Shown here: in pieces, positions 10,967 to 23,177 of the stretch | How the letters are laid out: each line of letters opens with the position of its first letter | How positions within the stretch are numbered: the stretch's first letter is position 1 | NCBI GenBank assembly: GCA_048213135.1 | Contig: PS015049.1 | Span: 67,499 to 127,295, forward strand | DNA: 59,797 nt | Direction: 5' to 3' | DNA from: Reclinomonas americana ATCC 50394 | Taxonomy: Eukaryota | The notes under the pieces: generated by a model | Told to the model about the DNA's origin: nothing | The model's database searches: none | What the model saw: the letters and a program-made list of their open reading frames with translations, nothing else | Made by a program: the position numbers and the translations under genes

Positions 10967-13900
10967 TCAGTTCTCTTGCTCGTCGGTGTCCGGCTCGGCG
11001 TCCTTCTCGCCACCGTCGTCGTCGGGCAGCACAAAGTCGTCCTCCACGGCGTACCTGCATTGTTGGTGAGTGTCACCACGTGGGAGTGCATCATCCTGCG
11101 GGAGGCGAGACGCAACAGAATCTTGGTGACTTCCTCGAGGAAAGGTGGCACGGCGTCGGGGGCGGCCTCCTGCGTTGTCTGGCACATAATCTCAATGTCG
11201 CGCAGCTTGCCAAAGTAAAAGTCACGCTCGCGCTCCAGGCCGTCCACAATCAGCTTCAGCTCGGCCAGTTGTTGTTNNNNNNNNNNNNNNNNNNNNNNNN
11301 NNNNNNNNNNNNNNNNNNNNNNNNNNNNNNNNNNNNNNNNNNNNNNNNNNNNNNNNNNNNNNNNNNNNNNNNNNNNNNNNNNNNNNNNNNNNNNNNNNNN
11401 NNNNNNNNNNNNNNNNNNNNNNNNNNNNNNNNNNNNNNNNNNNNNNNNNNNNNNNNNNNNNNNNNNNNNNNNNNNNNNNNNNNNNNNNNNNNNNNNNNNN
11501 NNNNNNNNNNNNNNNNNNNNNNNNNNNNNNNNNNNNNNNNNNNNNNNNNNNNNNNNNNNNNNNNNNNNNNNNNNNNNNNNNNNNNNNNNNNNNNNNNNNN
11601 NNNNNNNNNNNNNNNNNNNNNNNNNNNNNNNNNNNNNNNNNNNNNNNNNNNNNNNNNNNNNNNNNNNNNNNNNNNNNNNNNNNNNNNNNNNNNNNNNNNN
11701 NNNNNNNNNNNNNNNNNNNNNNNNNNNNNNNNNNNNNNNNNNNNNNNNNNNNNNNNNNNNNNNNNNNNNNNNNNNNNNNNNNNNNNNNNNNNNNNNNNNN
11801 NNNNNNNNNNNNNNNNNNNNNNNNNNNNNNNNNNNNNNNNNNNNNNNNNNNNNNNNNNNNNNNNNNNNNNNNNNNNNNNNNNNNNNNNNNNNNNNNNNNN
11901 NNNNNNNNNNNNNNNNNNNNNNNNNNNNNNNNNNNNNNCGAGCGCCTGCACCTTCTTCGAGTCGCCGCTGCCGCTGCCGGAGGCACCAGCAGCACGAGCT
12001 ACAAGGGTGCGTGAGAAAAGGAAGGAGGAGAGGGAGAAGAGTAAGGGTGGGTGTGAGAGACGAAACCAGAGGCTGCCGGTTTCCTCGCGGGTGGAGCCGG
12101 GCGGCTGGGTGCGGCCGAGGCCTCGGCGGCGGGCGCAGCACCAGCAGCACTTGCAGCAGCCGGTCGCGCGACCTGTGTGCGTGCATGCATGTCAGAGGCG
12201 AAAGTTTGCCAATCTGTTTCCCTTCTGCACGCTACCTTGCTGGCTCGCGGAGGTCCCGAGCCCGGTGCGTTTTTCCTGGCACCTGGGAGGAGAGTGCAGT
12301 GAGCACACTTACCATGACAAGAAAACAAAAGAAANNNNNNNNNNNNNNNNNNNNNNNTTGCCTTGTCTCTCTCTCACAGGAGCGGCTCACTGCCAGCTAA
12401 TGCACATTCTGTTCCCTGGTGTGTACTGCGCTCCTCAGGCCCTTCACTTTCTGTGCTGTCTGCTGACTGACAACTGTGTGTGCAGACTCGATCGCACTGC
12501 ACAAGGTCAACTTCAACGCCAAGCTGGAGCACGAGTATGTCAACAACTTCAAGATCCTGCAGGCGGCTTTCAGCAAGCTGAACATCAAGAAGGTGCTCAT
12601 TATTATTCTTGCAGCCTCGCTCGCTGCGCCGCACACGGCGACTGACTGCGCGTGCAGAACATTGAGGTCGACAAGCTCGTCAAGGCCAAGTACCTCGACA
12701 ACTTGGAGTTTGTGCAGGCGCGTTTGCTCTGTTGCTGATGATTGTTTTCTCGCTCCACACTTGACTCACCACGCATCTGCAGTGGATGAAGCGGTATTTT
12801 GAGTTGCACTACGACCAGACGCCGTACGACGCCAAGTACGAGCGCGATTCGGCCATTGCCCGCTACAACGGTTTGAGGGCGTGCTGAATGTGTGTGCATG
12901 TGTGCGTCGGGGTACAGTGCCAGAGTGGGTTTCAGAGGAGGAAAAAGCATGGGTACTGCTCCTCGGCCAAGCCGCTCATACATCGTCGGTGCCCTGCATT
13001 GTGTGTGTACGCGTGTGTGCACATGTGTCCACCGAACAGTCAAGCGGCCGGCGTTGACGCAGATCGAAGGTCTCCAAAAACTCCCCATGCAAATCTCTTC
13101 CTGTCATCCTCCCCTGCACCGTCTCTTTGCGCTCTCCTTCTCCTTCCNNNNNNNNNNNNNNNNNNNNNNNNNNNNNNNNNNNNNNNNNNNNNNNNNNNNN
13201 NNNNNNNNNNNNNNNNNNNNNNNNNNNNNNNNNNNNNNNNNNNNNNNNNNNNNNNNNNNNNNNNNNNNNNNNNNNNNNNNNNNNNNNNNNNNNNNNNNNN
13301 NNNNNNNNNNNNNNNNNNNNNNNNNNNNNNNNNNNNNNNNNNNNNNNNNNNNNNNNNNNNNNNNNNNNNNNNNNNNNNNNNNNNNNNNNNNNNNNNNNNN
13401 NNNNNNNNNNNNNNNNNNNNNNNNNNNNNNNNNNNNNNNNNNNNNNNNNNNNNNNNNNNNNNNNNNNNNNNNNNNNNNNNNNNNNNNNNNNNNNNNNNNN
13501 NNNNNNNNNNNNNNNNNNNNNNNNNNNNNNNNNNNNNNNNNNNNNNNNNNNNNNNNNNNNNNNNNNNNNNNNNNNNNNNNNNNNNNNNNNNNNNNNNNNN
13601 NNNNNNNNNNNNNNNNNNNNNNNNNNNNNNNNNNNNNNNNNNNNNNNNNNNNNNNNNNNNNNNNNNNNNNNNNNNNNNNNNNNNNNNNNNNNNNNNNNNN
13701 NNNNNNNNNNNNNNNNNNNNNNNNNNNNNNNNNNNNNNNNNNNNNNNNNNNNNNNNNNNNNNNNNNNNNNNNNNNNNNNNNNNNNNNNNNNNNNNNNNNN
13801 NNNNNNNNNNNNNNNNNNNNNNNNNNNNNNNNNNNNNNNNNNNNNNNNNNNNNNNNNNNNNNNNNNNNNNNNNNNNNNNNNNNNNNNNNNNNNNNNNNNN

Positions 13901-14508
13901 NNNNNNNNNNNNNNNNNNNNNNNNNNNNNNNNNNNNNNNNNNNNNNNNNNNNNNNNNNNNNNNNNNNNNNNNNNNNNNNNNNNNNCTGTGCAAGTGGGCA
14001 AGTGTGTGTGACTCTGTGTGGCTGTGTGCATCACCCACCTGAGGCAAAGTCCTCGATCTTCTTCTGATCCTGCACAGAGGAAAGAAGGAAGGCAGGAAGA
14101 AGAAGAGTGAGTGGCGATCGCCATCGCACCTCTCTCTCACTCTCTCATTCCCTCCTCCGCACACAAACCATTTGAAGCAGCTCATTCGCCCACGCCAGGA
14201 TCTCGTATCGACTGACAAAGTAGGCACTGCATGTGCGCACAAAGAAACACAGAGAGAGAATGAGCGCGCGAAATGCCATTGTCAACAACAACAGTCACGT
14301 CATGTGTGCGTGAGATCAGTTGGCGCTCTTTTTGTGTGCAAAGTGACTGCTCTTCTCTCTCTCTCTGCTTGTGTGCGCAAGTGTGTGCCTCAGTGAGTGT
14401 GTGACACAGCAGCAACACAATCGAACATCTCTCTCACTCAGTGTTTGCTGTGTCTCTTGTCTGTGAAGGATCAACGAACCTGTCCATCATGCCTTACTCG
14501 TTCAACAC

Positions 14509-14555
<47 letters not shown>

Positions 14556-14647
14556 GAGACAACACACACACAAGTCAGTGTCTGCGTCATTTCCACTGCA
14601 TTTTTTTCATCAGACAGACCGATGGCTTCTCCTGCACCTGCGTCCAT
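10967..14647 (-). CDS. EB1: EB1 / MAPRE microtubule plus-end-binding protein (middle exons lie on an inverted contig)
   Basis: Minus exons give [44 protein letters not shown]; a Pro/Ala linker at 11940-12282; EBH domain [27 protein letters not shown]...KILYAVEDDF. Confidence 0.95.
12380..12870 (+). CDS. EB1: EB1 CH-domain exons on the gap-bounded contig 12358-13147 (opposite orientation to the rest of the gene)
   Basis: [76 protein letters not shown]; splice phases match the flanking minus-strand exons at both ends. Confidence 0.92.
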
Positions 14648-14799
14648 GATTGCTCTCTCTTTCCTTTACACGCACACGCAGCACACACACAGCACACTGG
14701 AAGAGTCTTGAGTGCGTGGACAATCGGCGAGCACGCAACGTTCATATTCGCTTCCCGCCAAATCGCCATTGTCCACACTTCCGATTTTCGAGTGAGAGA

Positions 14800-17108
14800 A
14801 TGAGCCAGCGTCGCTTTGACTTGACTGTGTTTGGTGCCACGGGTTACACTGGTTACTAGTCCATCGCAGCATGCTTCACTCTATGCATTTTTTCACTCAC
14901 TTTTTTTGTCTTTTTTTGTGTGTTTTGTGTCTCTCTCTCTGTGTGTGTTGTTGTTGTCAGGCACTCTGATTGCCGAGTACCTCGCAAAGCAGCATTACGA
15001 TGCGAGCAAGCTGTGTTTGGCCGGGCGGAGGTGAGTGCTTGCGTGAACGGAGTTGATTGATCGGAGTTCGCATGCACACACGCGTTTCTCTCCGTCTCCT
15101 CTCTCTGTGTCTGTCTGTGTCTCTGTCTGCCTGTGCATGAGTGGCCGAGTGCGCCCTTGTGTCTGTGTGCACTGGCACTTGTACAATGTGAAGATTCTCT
15201 CTCATGATCACTTTGCAGCAAGGAGAAGCTGGAGGCTCTCAAGAAGCACTTGGAGGTGCGTGCATTCTCTCCTCCTCTCTGCCTCTCTCTCTCTCTCTGT
15301 ATCTCGCCGCACACACTTGCCCGACATGCAGAGCATTGAGAAGTCGTTCAATCGCGTCAATTTGCTGGTGGCCAGTGTCGACAATGCCGACGAGGTCGAG
15401 GCCATGATCCGCCTCACCAAGGTCGTTGTCAACTGCGTTGGTCCCTTCTTCCGCTACTCCGAGGTCGTCGTCCGCAACTGTGTCGAACACGGCACTGATT
15501 ACGTCGATATCACGTTGCGTCACTCTCTCGAATCTGCTCCTCTCTGCCCTCACTCATGCGCGAGTGCAGTGGCGAGCCCAACTTCATTGCGCTGATGATG
15601 GACAAGTATCAGGAGCAGGCCGAGCGCAACAATGTGCTCATTATCTCTGCGTGCGGCTTCGATTCGGTGCCCGCCGATGTCGGCGTGCAGTACGCGCGTC
15701 AGCAGTTCGGCATTGATCGTGTGCGCTCCGTCGAGGGCTATGTGTCGTTGAAGAACTTTGGGTTGTCGGCCGGCACGTGGAACACCATGCTGGACAGGTG
15801 GGGCGATGGGGGGAAGAGGGAGAAACGGGGAAGGGGGAGGAAAGGGGCAAGGGGGAGAGAGAAAGCGCAGAGGCAAGAATTGTGAGGGCATGTTTGTGTT
15901 TATGCGAGAAAGCGAAGCGCAGGGAGGCTGAGGAGTATGGCGGTCTCTTGAATTCGTCCACCAGGTGATAGAAGCAGATCTCGTCACTCTCTGTGCTGCT
16001 CGTATCCTCCACTGCATATGGCGTCGGTGTTGCTTCAGCAGACGGAGCAAGCGTCGTATTCGTGTCACATGAGAAGAAGCGAGGAAAGCGTGGAAGCAAG
16101 AAAGTGACACACTGAGTCGTGGTCGGCGCGATGAGAAGGAGAAATGATGTGTCATGTTTTCGTTTGTTGCGGGCACGGCCGTCGCCTTCCGCTCACCATC
16201 GCTTCTCCGACCCCACAGCATCGCCAACGCCAAGCAGATGGCTGCCGTGCGTCGCAAGAGTGCTGGCCCGCCGCCGGCTTCGATCCCGAAGGTCTGCTCT
16301 TTCCACGTACTCCTTTTCCAAACACTCTCACTTTCTCTCACGTATTCTCGCAACCCACAGGAAAAGCGCGTGCTCAAGAAGCTGCCACACAAGTGCAAGC
16401 AGATGGACAACACTTGGTGCATTCCGTTTGCCACCTCCGACCCGTTCGTGGTGCGCAAGACGATTGAGATCCAGGCGGACAAGTCGATGCCCTACTTCCA
16501 ATACGGCCACTACCTGTCGGTCGGCGGTCTGTTCCGACTGATCATCATGGCGCTGGGATTCGCGTTGGGTTGCGTCGATCAGCACGCGAGCAAGAACTCG
16601 ACCTGTGACTCACTTGTGTTCGTGCCAGTGTTCCTGCTTGCCAAGTTCAAGCTCACGCGCGACCTGCTCCGCAAGTACAAGTCGGAGGGCTCGGGGTGAG
16701 TTCCCTAGAGAAAGGGTGTGTGTGTGTGTGTGCTTAACCTTTCTCAACTGTGTGATCTCGGCTCGTGCAGCTCGTCGGTCGAGAGCCGCCAGTCGAGTCG
16801 CTCGAGAATTCTGTTCCTCGCTCGCGACGACAACGGAAAGCTCCTGGGACAGGCGGAGTTCACCGGCGCTGATCCCTATGATGTCACCGCTGTGACTGTC
16901 GTGCAGGCGGCGCGCGTGTTGCTGGAGAAGAGAGTTACGTTTGCAACGCTTCCGTCCTCTCTCACTCTCACTGTTCTTCTCACACGCTGTTGCGCAGGAG
17001 CAACTGCCGATGCGTGGTGGTGTGGCCACTCCAGTGTCGGCACTCGGCGACGTGTACACCGACTACCTTATGCGCTGCCCGGAGATTGCCTTCCGCAAGG
17101 TGGAATGA
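14800..17108 (+). CDS. SCCPDH: Saccharopine dehydrogenase-like oxidoreductase (SCCPDH family), multi-exon
   Basis: FDLTVFGATGYTG, LAGRS, VVVNCVGPF, YVDITGEP, ACGFDSVPAD, SAGTW, GADPYDVTA, GGVATP. Confidence 0.9.
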
Positions 17109-17167
17109 GAGAACACCGTAGAGAGAGCGTACATGTTCACTCGCGCGTTCTTCGCCCGCCTTCCCCG

Positions 17168-18260
17168 TCACCTATCGCGTTCTGGTGGCGAGCCCAGTGA
17201 AAATGGCTCGAGTGCTGTTGTTGTTGTTGTTGTTGTTGTGGCCACAGTGGGTGCACCACGCCCAGCTGGTGGTGCGGCAGGTGGCGGACCGGGAGCAGCG
17301 GCCGCCGACTGTGAAGGCGTGGTCTGAATGGCGGGGAGTACCGGCAAGCGGAAACCACGTCCCCGACCAACCGCAGTGCTCACTGGTGTTCTGCGCAATG
17401 ACAACAACGGAGTCAAGAGTCGAGCAAAGTGGGTGCGCGGCGACACGTTGTTGTACGAAACGACATGTTGGAAAGGGGCGTTGTCGACCCCGGTGGCCCC
17501 ACGGAGCCCACGCCCGCCGCACTGCAAGACAGATAGAAGTGAGGAAAAAGAGGGCACACACACACACACACACACATCGAGGCGAGAGCGGATTACGGTA
17601 CCTGGGCGACGGGCCAGGAGCGCCGCGGCCTCGTCCTCGTCCCATCACGCCCGCCAGGAGCGATGACACGGCACTGCCCCCGCACAGCACGTGTGAGCGA
17701 TGATGCATACGACAGTAACAACAACAAGGAGTAGCGCACCTTGGTTGCTCAGCTGGTGGTCGATCGCGAGTCGGTCGTTCCTGATCGCGCACCACCCCGT
17801 CGTCCTCGTCCGAATCGTCGTCGTACACGCTACGGCCTGTGGCGGCGGCAGGTGTGAGAAGAAGTGGTTCGCGCACCTCTTTCATGGATCCACACACCTC
17901 GTCCCAAGGGCGCTGCTGCGGTGAGTCCACCCGGTGTGATAGTCGTCGTCGTGGTGGTTGTGGTGGTCATCGGCGCACCACCAGCGGAGCCAGCGCGCAG
18001 CCACGATGGCGCCCCTGTGCCCGCTGGTGGTGGAGCAGCAGCGGTGGCCGGCGGTGGACTGGCCACTGAACCTGCACTTCCGCGACCTCGCCCTGCTTGT
18101 GAAATGAGAACAAAGAGAGCAGGAGAAGAAGGAGAGGTTTGAGAGGGGGGTGGAGTGGAGCGCACCTCGTCCACCCAGCGCGCCCAACACACTCGACATG
18201 AAGCGACCACCGGCAGCAGGCGAGCCAAAGTTCGTGCTGCCGCGAAGGCCGCCGACGGAT
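17168..18260 (-). CDS. 3' exons of a low-complexity GRG/Ala/Pro/Thr-rich protein (5' part unresolved, probably in the gap)
   Basis: Open segments with repeated GRGRG separated by short GT-AG introns containing CA/GA tracts; no recognisable domain. Confidence 0.45.
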
Positions 18261-19153
18261 GGAGGACTGTGGGGAGGGAGGGAGAGGAAGGGAAAGGGTG
18301 AGTATTCATGGCAAAGGACAATAATAATGGTTGACAGCAGCGACGTACTAGCACGAGCAGATTGAGAGAGAACGGAAGTAGAGACAAGAAACTCTCTCTC
18401 TCTCTCTTTCTCTCTCCCGCAACCACAACCTTGGATGCATGAACCGNNNNNNNNNNNNNNNNNNNNNNNNNNNNNNNNNNNNNNNNNNNNNNNNNNNNNN
18501 NNNNNNNNNNNNNNNNNNNNNNNNNNNNNNNNNNNNNNNNNNNNNNNNNNNNNNNNNNNNNNNNNNNNNNNNNNNNNNNNNNNNNNNNNNNNNNNNNNNN
18601 NNNNNNNNNNNNNNNNNNNNNNNNNNNNNNNNNNNNNNNNNNNNNNNNNNNNNNNNNNNNNNNNNNNNNNNNNNNNNNNNNNNNNNNNNNNNNNNNNNNN
18701 NNNNNNNNNNNNNNNNNNCTTTGAAGGATGACAGGATGCCTCACAGACAAGGATGAAGAAAGGAGGAAAGAGAGAACGAAGCAACCAACACACCCTCTCT
18801 CTTTCACTCCCTCTCCCTCTCCCTCTCCCTCTCCCTCGCTCCCTCTCCCTCTCCCCTTCCCGGCAACCGCAACGTTCGATACACGATCTTCTTCGGTGCC
18901 TTGCAGTGCACACCAAACGCATCNNNNNNNNNNNNNNNNNNNNNNNNNNNNNNNNNNNNNNNNNNNNNNNNNNNNNNNNNNNNNNNNNNNNNNNNNNNNN
19001 NNNNNNNNNNNNNNNNNNNNNNNNNNNNNNNNNNNNNNNNNNNNNNNNNNNNNNNNNNNNNNNNNNNNNNNNNNNNNNNNNNNNNNNNNNNNNNNNNNNN
19101 NNNNNNNNNNNNNNNNNNNNNNNNNNNNNNNNNNNNNNNNNNNNNNNNNNNNN

Positions 19154-19865
19154 GAATCCACGCAAAACCACCGACAAGCGCAGATGGATGACGCCCTCGG
19201 AGATGGTGTGCAGTCGGAAGCGGTCTTCGCCCGTCACCACCACATCTTCGTTCATCAGTCGCGGTGCTCCACCCAGAAAGATCGCTGCATCGCCACAACA
19301 GTCAGTGCGAGCAGGGACGTACGCAATCAGGAGGCGAGGCGACGCACTGCGCAGAGTATCGCCCAGACTGCCCATGGGTCTCCACGTCGGACACTCGATC
19401 TCGTAGTGCCCGGGCGCGCATGGAACCGTGCACGTACCATACGACACTGTCACGCACTGTCGGCGACACAGCGCGCACGCACATCCGCAGCGACAAAACA
19501 ACTCACCAAACTGATTGCGCCCGAAGAAATCCTGCGTCCACACCTTGAAGAAGAAGCGCGGCCAGCCCTCCACCGAGTTGCACGCATAGTACAGATCCAC
19601 AGGGTGCGACCACACAAACAGCGATCCATCCTGGAACAAAACAATGTCACTTGTCTGCCTCCTCACAAATCGCTCTTGTCTGTCTCTCACCGATGGACAG
19701 TCAGTGTGCGTTGTGCCTCGATCATCACCCGCCAACAGCGTCCACGAGTCCTTTGGACTGATATCATCCATGAGAGTGCCTCCAGGCGCCGACTGCTCAC
19801 CAACACCAGTCGATGAAGACGAGGCGCCACTGTGTGAGGCACCACCAGCACCTGCTCCAAGAGTG

Positions 19866-19905
<40 letters not shown>

Positions 19906-20155
19906 CGAGTGTGTGTGTGTGTGTTGTGTACGTACCTCCTCCTGCTCCACCTGGCTGGTGCAGCTCATTGCCGGCCAACACTCGCCACTCACACAGCAAG
20001 TTGCTCTTGCCGTTGAAGAGAGTGGCGCCGACGACCTCGCCAATGATGTGTGCCTCTGCGCGCTGCTCGTGCTCAGGCACCAGAGGTGGTGCGGGTGCCA
20101 GCACGCCCGAGGCCACAGTGGAGGCGCCACCAGCAAGAGCACCGCCTGCGCTCAT
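19154..20155 (-). CDS. B9D2: B9 domain protein B9D2/MKSR2 (ciliary transition zone); 3' end runs into a gap
   Basis: AEAHIIGEVVGATLF...LLCEW...WSHPVDLYY...GWPRFFFKVWTQDFFGRNQFVSYG...PGHYEIECPTWRP...FLGGAPRL...RFRLHT. Confidence 0.92.
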
Positions 20156-20542
20156 TGTGGAGAGATAAGAGAGAAGAGCGGGAAATTTGGTGTAAGAAGG
20201 CAGTTTCACGATGACGGAAAAGTGACCGGTGTGGCGAGGAGTACATAGTGACAGCTACAAAGGATCGATGAGAGGGCGGAAGACTGCAACTGCAGCAGGG
20301 GGATCTGCACATCACGATGGATCGCGACTTCGAAGTTCTAGTCGACGTCGACGTTTTCCGGCCCGGCCCCCTCCTTCCCGAGAGCGTATGCCTTGTCGCA
20401 GTAGTTCACTGCCTCTCCCTTGCACCTGCTGCGTACAATGCCCAATCAACGCAGCGATGGCATCGGAACGTGCATGCAGAACTTCGCCACTGATTGTGCA
20501 TGAATTGCCGGTCTTCCGCTCCCTCTCTCTTCCGGATCCACC

Positions 20543-21850
20543 ATGACAGGTACACAACTACGCTCCGTGCACTGCCTCCCTACCCGGTCAGCCTCAGCTG
20601 TGTCCCACTCGCCATTTCACATTCGTTTTCGATCTCATCATGCTGGGCGCGTTGGCAGTGTGGCGTGGCGAATCAGTCTTCTACTGGAACGACTTGTCGA
20701 GCGTTCCTCGCCACATTCTCGAGTTGGACGCCATTGTGCTGGTGTGCACACTGCTGGCGCTGCTGCATGCGTTCAAGCATCGTCGGTTGGTGCGTCATCA
20801 CAGATGATGACGAGATGTTCCGCGCGATATGCATTCACTTCGCCTCTCTGCCTCTCTCTGAGCAGAGCGACATCTTCGCCTTCTTCCTGCTGGCCTTTGT
20901 CACCGAGCAGGCATCTGTGCGCAGCGGCACGCACTGTCACGCCGAGGCCACTGTCATGATTTCGCAATGCAGCTCCCTCAACTCGGTGGTCTTCTACGTG
21001 CCCTGGTTGTACTTTTGCCAGCTGACTGCCGAGCGTCTGCGTTTGCACCCGCTGGCGCGTCCGTTTGTGGCCGGTCTGCTGCAGCACGCGTTCTGTGCTC
21101 CGTATGAGATGCAGGGTCCGACGGTGGGCTACTGGCGATGGCCGGCGGCCGATGGATTGCTGGCTGGTGAGGTCAACAACTTTAACGGCATCCCCGGCGT
21201 GCAGCGTGCTGGCGAGCCTGGCCTGTATGCGCTGGATCACGTGCAGTTTGCACTAAAGGAGCGCGTGTTTGGCGCGCCCATCATGGTGCGTCGAGTCACA
21301 CTCCTTCCTCCTGCTCCTCTCCTCTTTCTCTCTCTCATCACTTGATTCGCAGGCGCTGTACTTCCACGCTGCCCTCGGATTCAGCATTGCTGTCTGCCTG
21401 GCCGTGGGCCGCTACCTGGCGCCGCGCCGCCGTCTGGTGCACCTGCTGCTGGTGATTCTGTTCTGCTGGCCCGTGGCACTGCTGTGGGACGGCCCGACGA
21501 CGCTGCTGGTGTTCCGCGGCGTCTCGCGTCTCATCTCTGTACCGACCATCATGGCGTTGATGGTGTGGCCGGTGGTGGCGACGAGCTTCCCGCCGCAGCA
21601 GCACGAGGCCGCGTCCAGCAAGGGCAGCGAGTCGCGCGATTGGATTGCCGCGCTGGCTGTGCTCCTGCACCACGGCCTGTTCCTGGTGTCGCCGTTCTGG
21701 CTCCAGCATGGCGTGTCACTCGAGCTGTACCTCATCATCAGTGCGCTCACCCTCTTCAGCATCACGGTGCACTGGCGCGCCTGCCGTCTGCCCGTGCCGC
21801 GTGCGACCGAGGTGGCCGCCAAGCCCAGCAAGGGTCGCAAGGGCGACTGA
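20543..21850 (+). CDS. Multipass membrane protein, possibly of the CruF/DUF7802-like superfamily
   Basis: Several hydrophobic helices; motif FYVPWLY...PFVAGLL...PYEMQGPTVGYWRW...FGAPIMALYFH; intron at ~21286-21353. Confidence 0.6.
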
Positions 21851-21949
21851 GCACGCACGCACACACGAAAGTTTGTGCTCACATTCTATTCTTCCTCTCG
21901 TCCACTTGCAAAGTAGTGAACGACGCTCTCCAATTCTCATTCGTTTTTT

Positions 21950-23040
21950 TTACAAACCCAGTGCCGCAATCTTTTCCTCCACCTGCCGTGTCACCTCTGC
22001 CAGGTGCTGCTTGGACTCCTCCAGCGTCACCCGCGCCAGTGCCACGTCTGGTGGCAAATCGAAAAACACTTTCAGCTGCGAATCACGCGACGACAACTGC
22101 TGCTCCAGCTCCGCCAGCTCCTCCGCCAAATGCACAATCGAACGGTGTGTTGTGTCCTTGTCGACGCCGCTCTCGCTGACCAGTTGCTGCGCGCGACTGC
22201 GTCAGCCAACTCCCTCCCACCAATGCCTTCTTCATCGCTTCCGCTGTCACCCACCTTCAGATTCTGCACCGTGACCTCGTACTGCTGCTGCTTGCCGCGC
22301 AGGTAATCCAAGTTCTTTCTGCGCGTCTCCATGGTGGTCTCCAGATCGTCGGTCAGCGATTCGATCTCCGCCGCCTGCGATCGCACGTGCGCCAACTCCT
22401 CGGTCGCCGTGTGTCGCGCAGCGGCCTGTAATGAGCGCTGCGTGGCGAGTTCGGCCACCTCTGCGTCCTCCACCTCGTCCATCTCCTGCAACAGGTCGGA
22501 GAGTGCCACCAAGTACCTGCACTCACGAATCAGCAAACACGAGACGAAACGCAGGGCGATGTGGGCGCTCCCGCGAAACGTGTTCACACTGGCGTCCTTG
22601 ACTTGCAGCGCCACCCCCAGTGCCGTGAGCGTCTCCAGATCGCGCAAGGCATCCTCGCTGAGATGCTCGTGTGGCACATACCCAGCGTGCTCAATCATGG
22701 TCGCCAGTCGCGTGCCTGTGATCGACGAGGATGAGGAAGGAGCAGAGGGACCGATAGTGACAATGGTGATCGCGCAACTCTCTGCGCGATACTCGGCGGC
22801 CTTGTGTGCCAGATCCTCCATGATGATGCCGTGCTCTGCACTCGCATGCTGCTGCCTTCGTTGCAGCTCGAGGAGAGCGGGAATGGTCACCTGTCGCCGA
22901 TCACAAGTGTGATGATGATGATCATTTCGCGCCAAAATGAACACAGCGCTCACCTCGCTGTCCATCTCAAAGTCGGGAACTCGCTGCGTGTGCAGCACAC
23001 TGCGCAGCCATTCGTTCACCTGCGCAATCTTGCCGTCCAT
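21950..23040 (-). CDS. HAUS1: Augmin subunit HAUS1
   Basis: VNEWLRSVL...VPDFEMD...EDLAHKAAEYRAE...KNLDYLRGK...FFDLPPDVALARVTLEESK, collinear with the remembered HAUS1 pattern after removing four short introns. Confidence 0.85.
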
Positions 23041-23177
23041 CTCTCTCGAGGACGGATGAAGAAGACTGATTGAGGACAACTCGCAGCGGCAGGACCAGCG
23101 CCTGCTTTCCTGAACCTGCATCTTCTGCTTCGCGTGAAGGGTGACCACAAGCTGTGCATCTACCATAGTTTGCTTTA

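Noticed and set aside
12358-13147. EB1 exons on the opposite strand to the rest of the gene (possible invertible cassette or trans-splicing)
   Set aside because: The segment is bounded by N gaps on both sides, and flipping it restores exon order and phase exactly. A mis-oriented contig is the simplest explanation; long reads or PCR would settle it.
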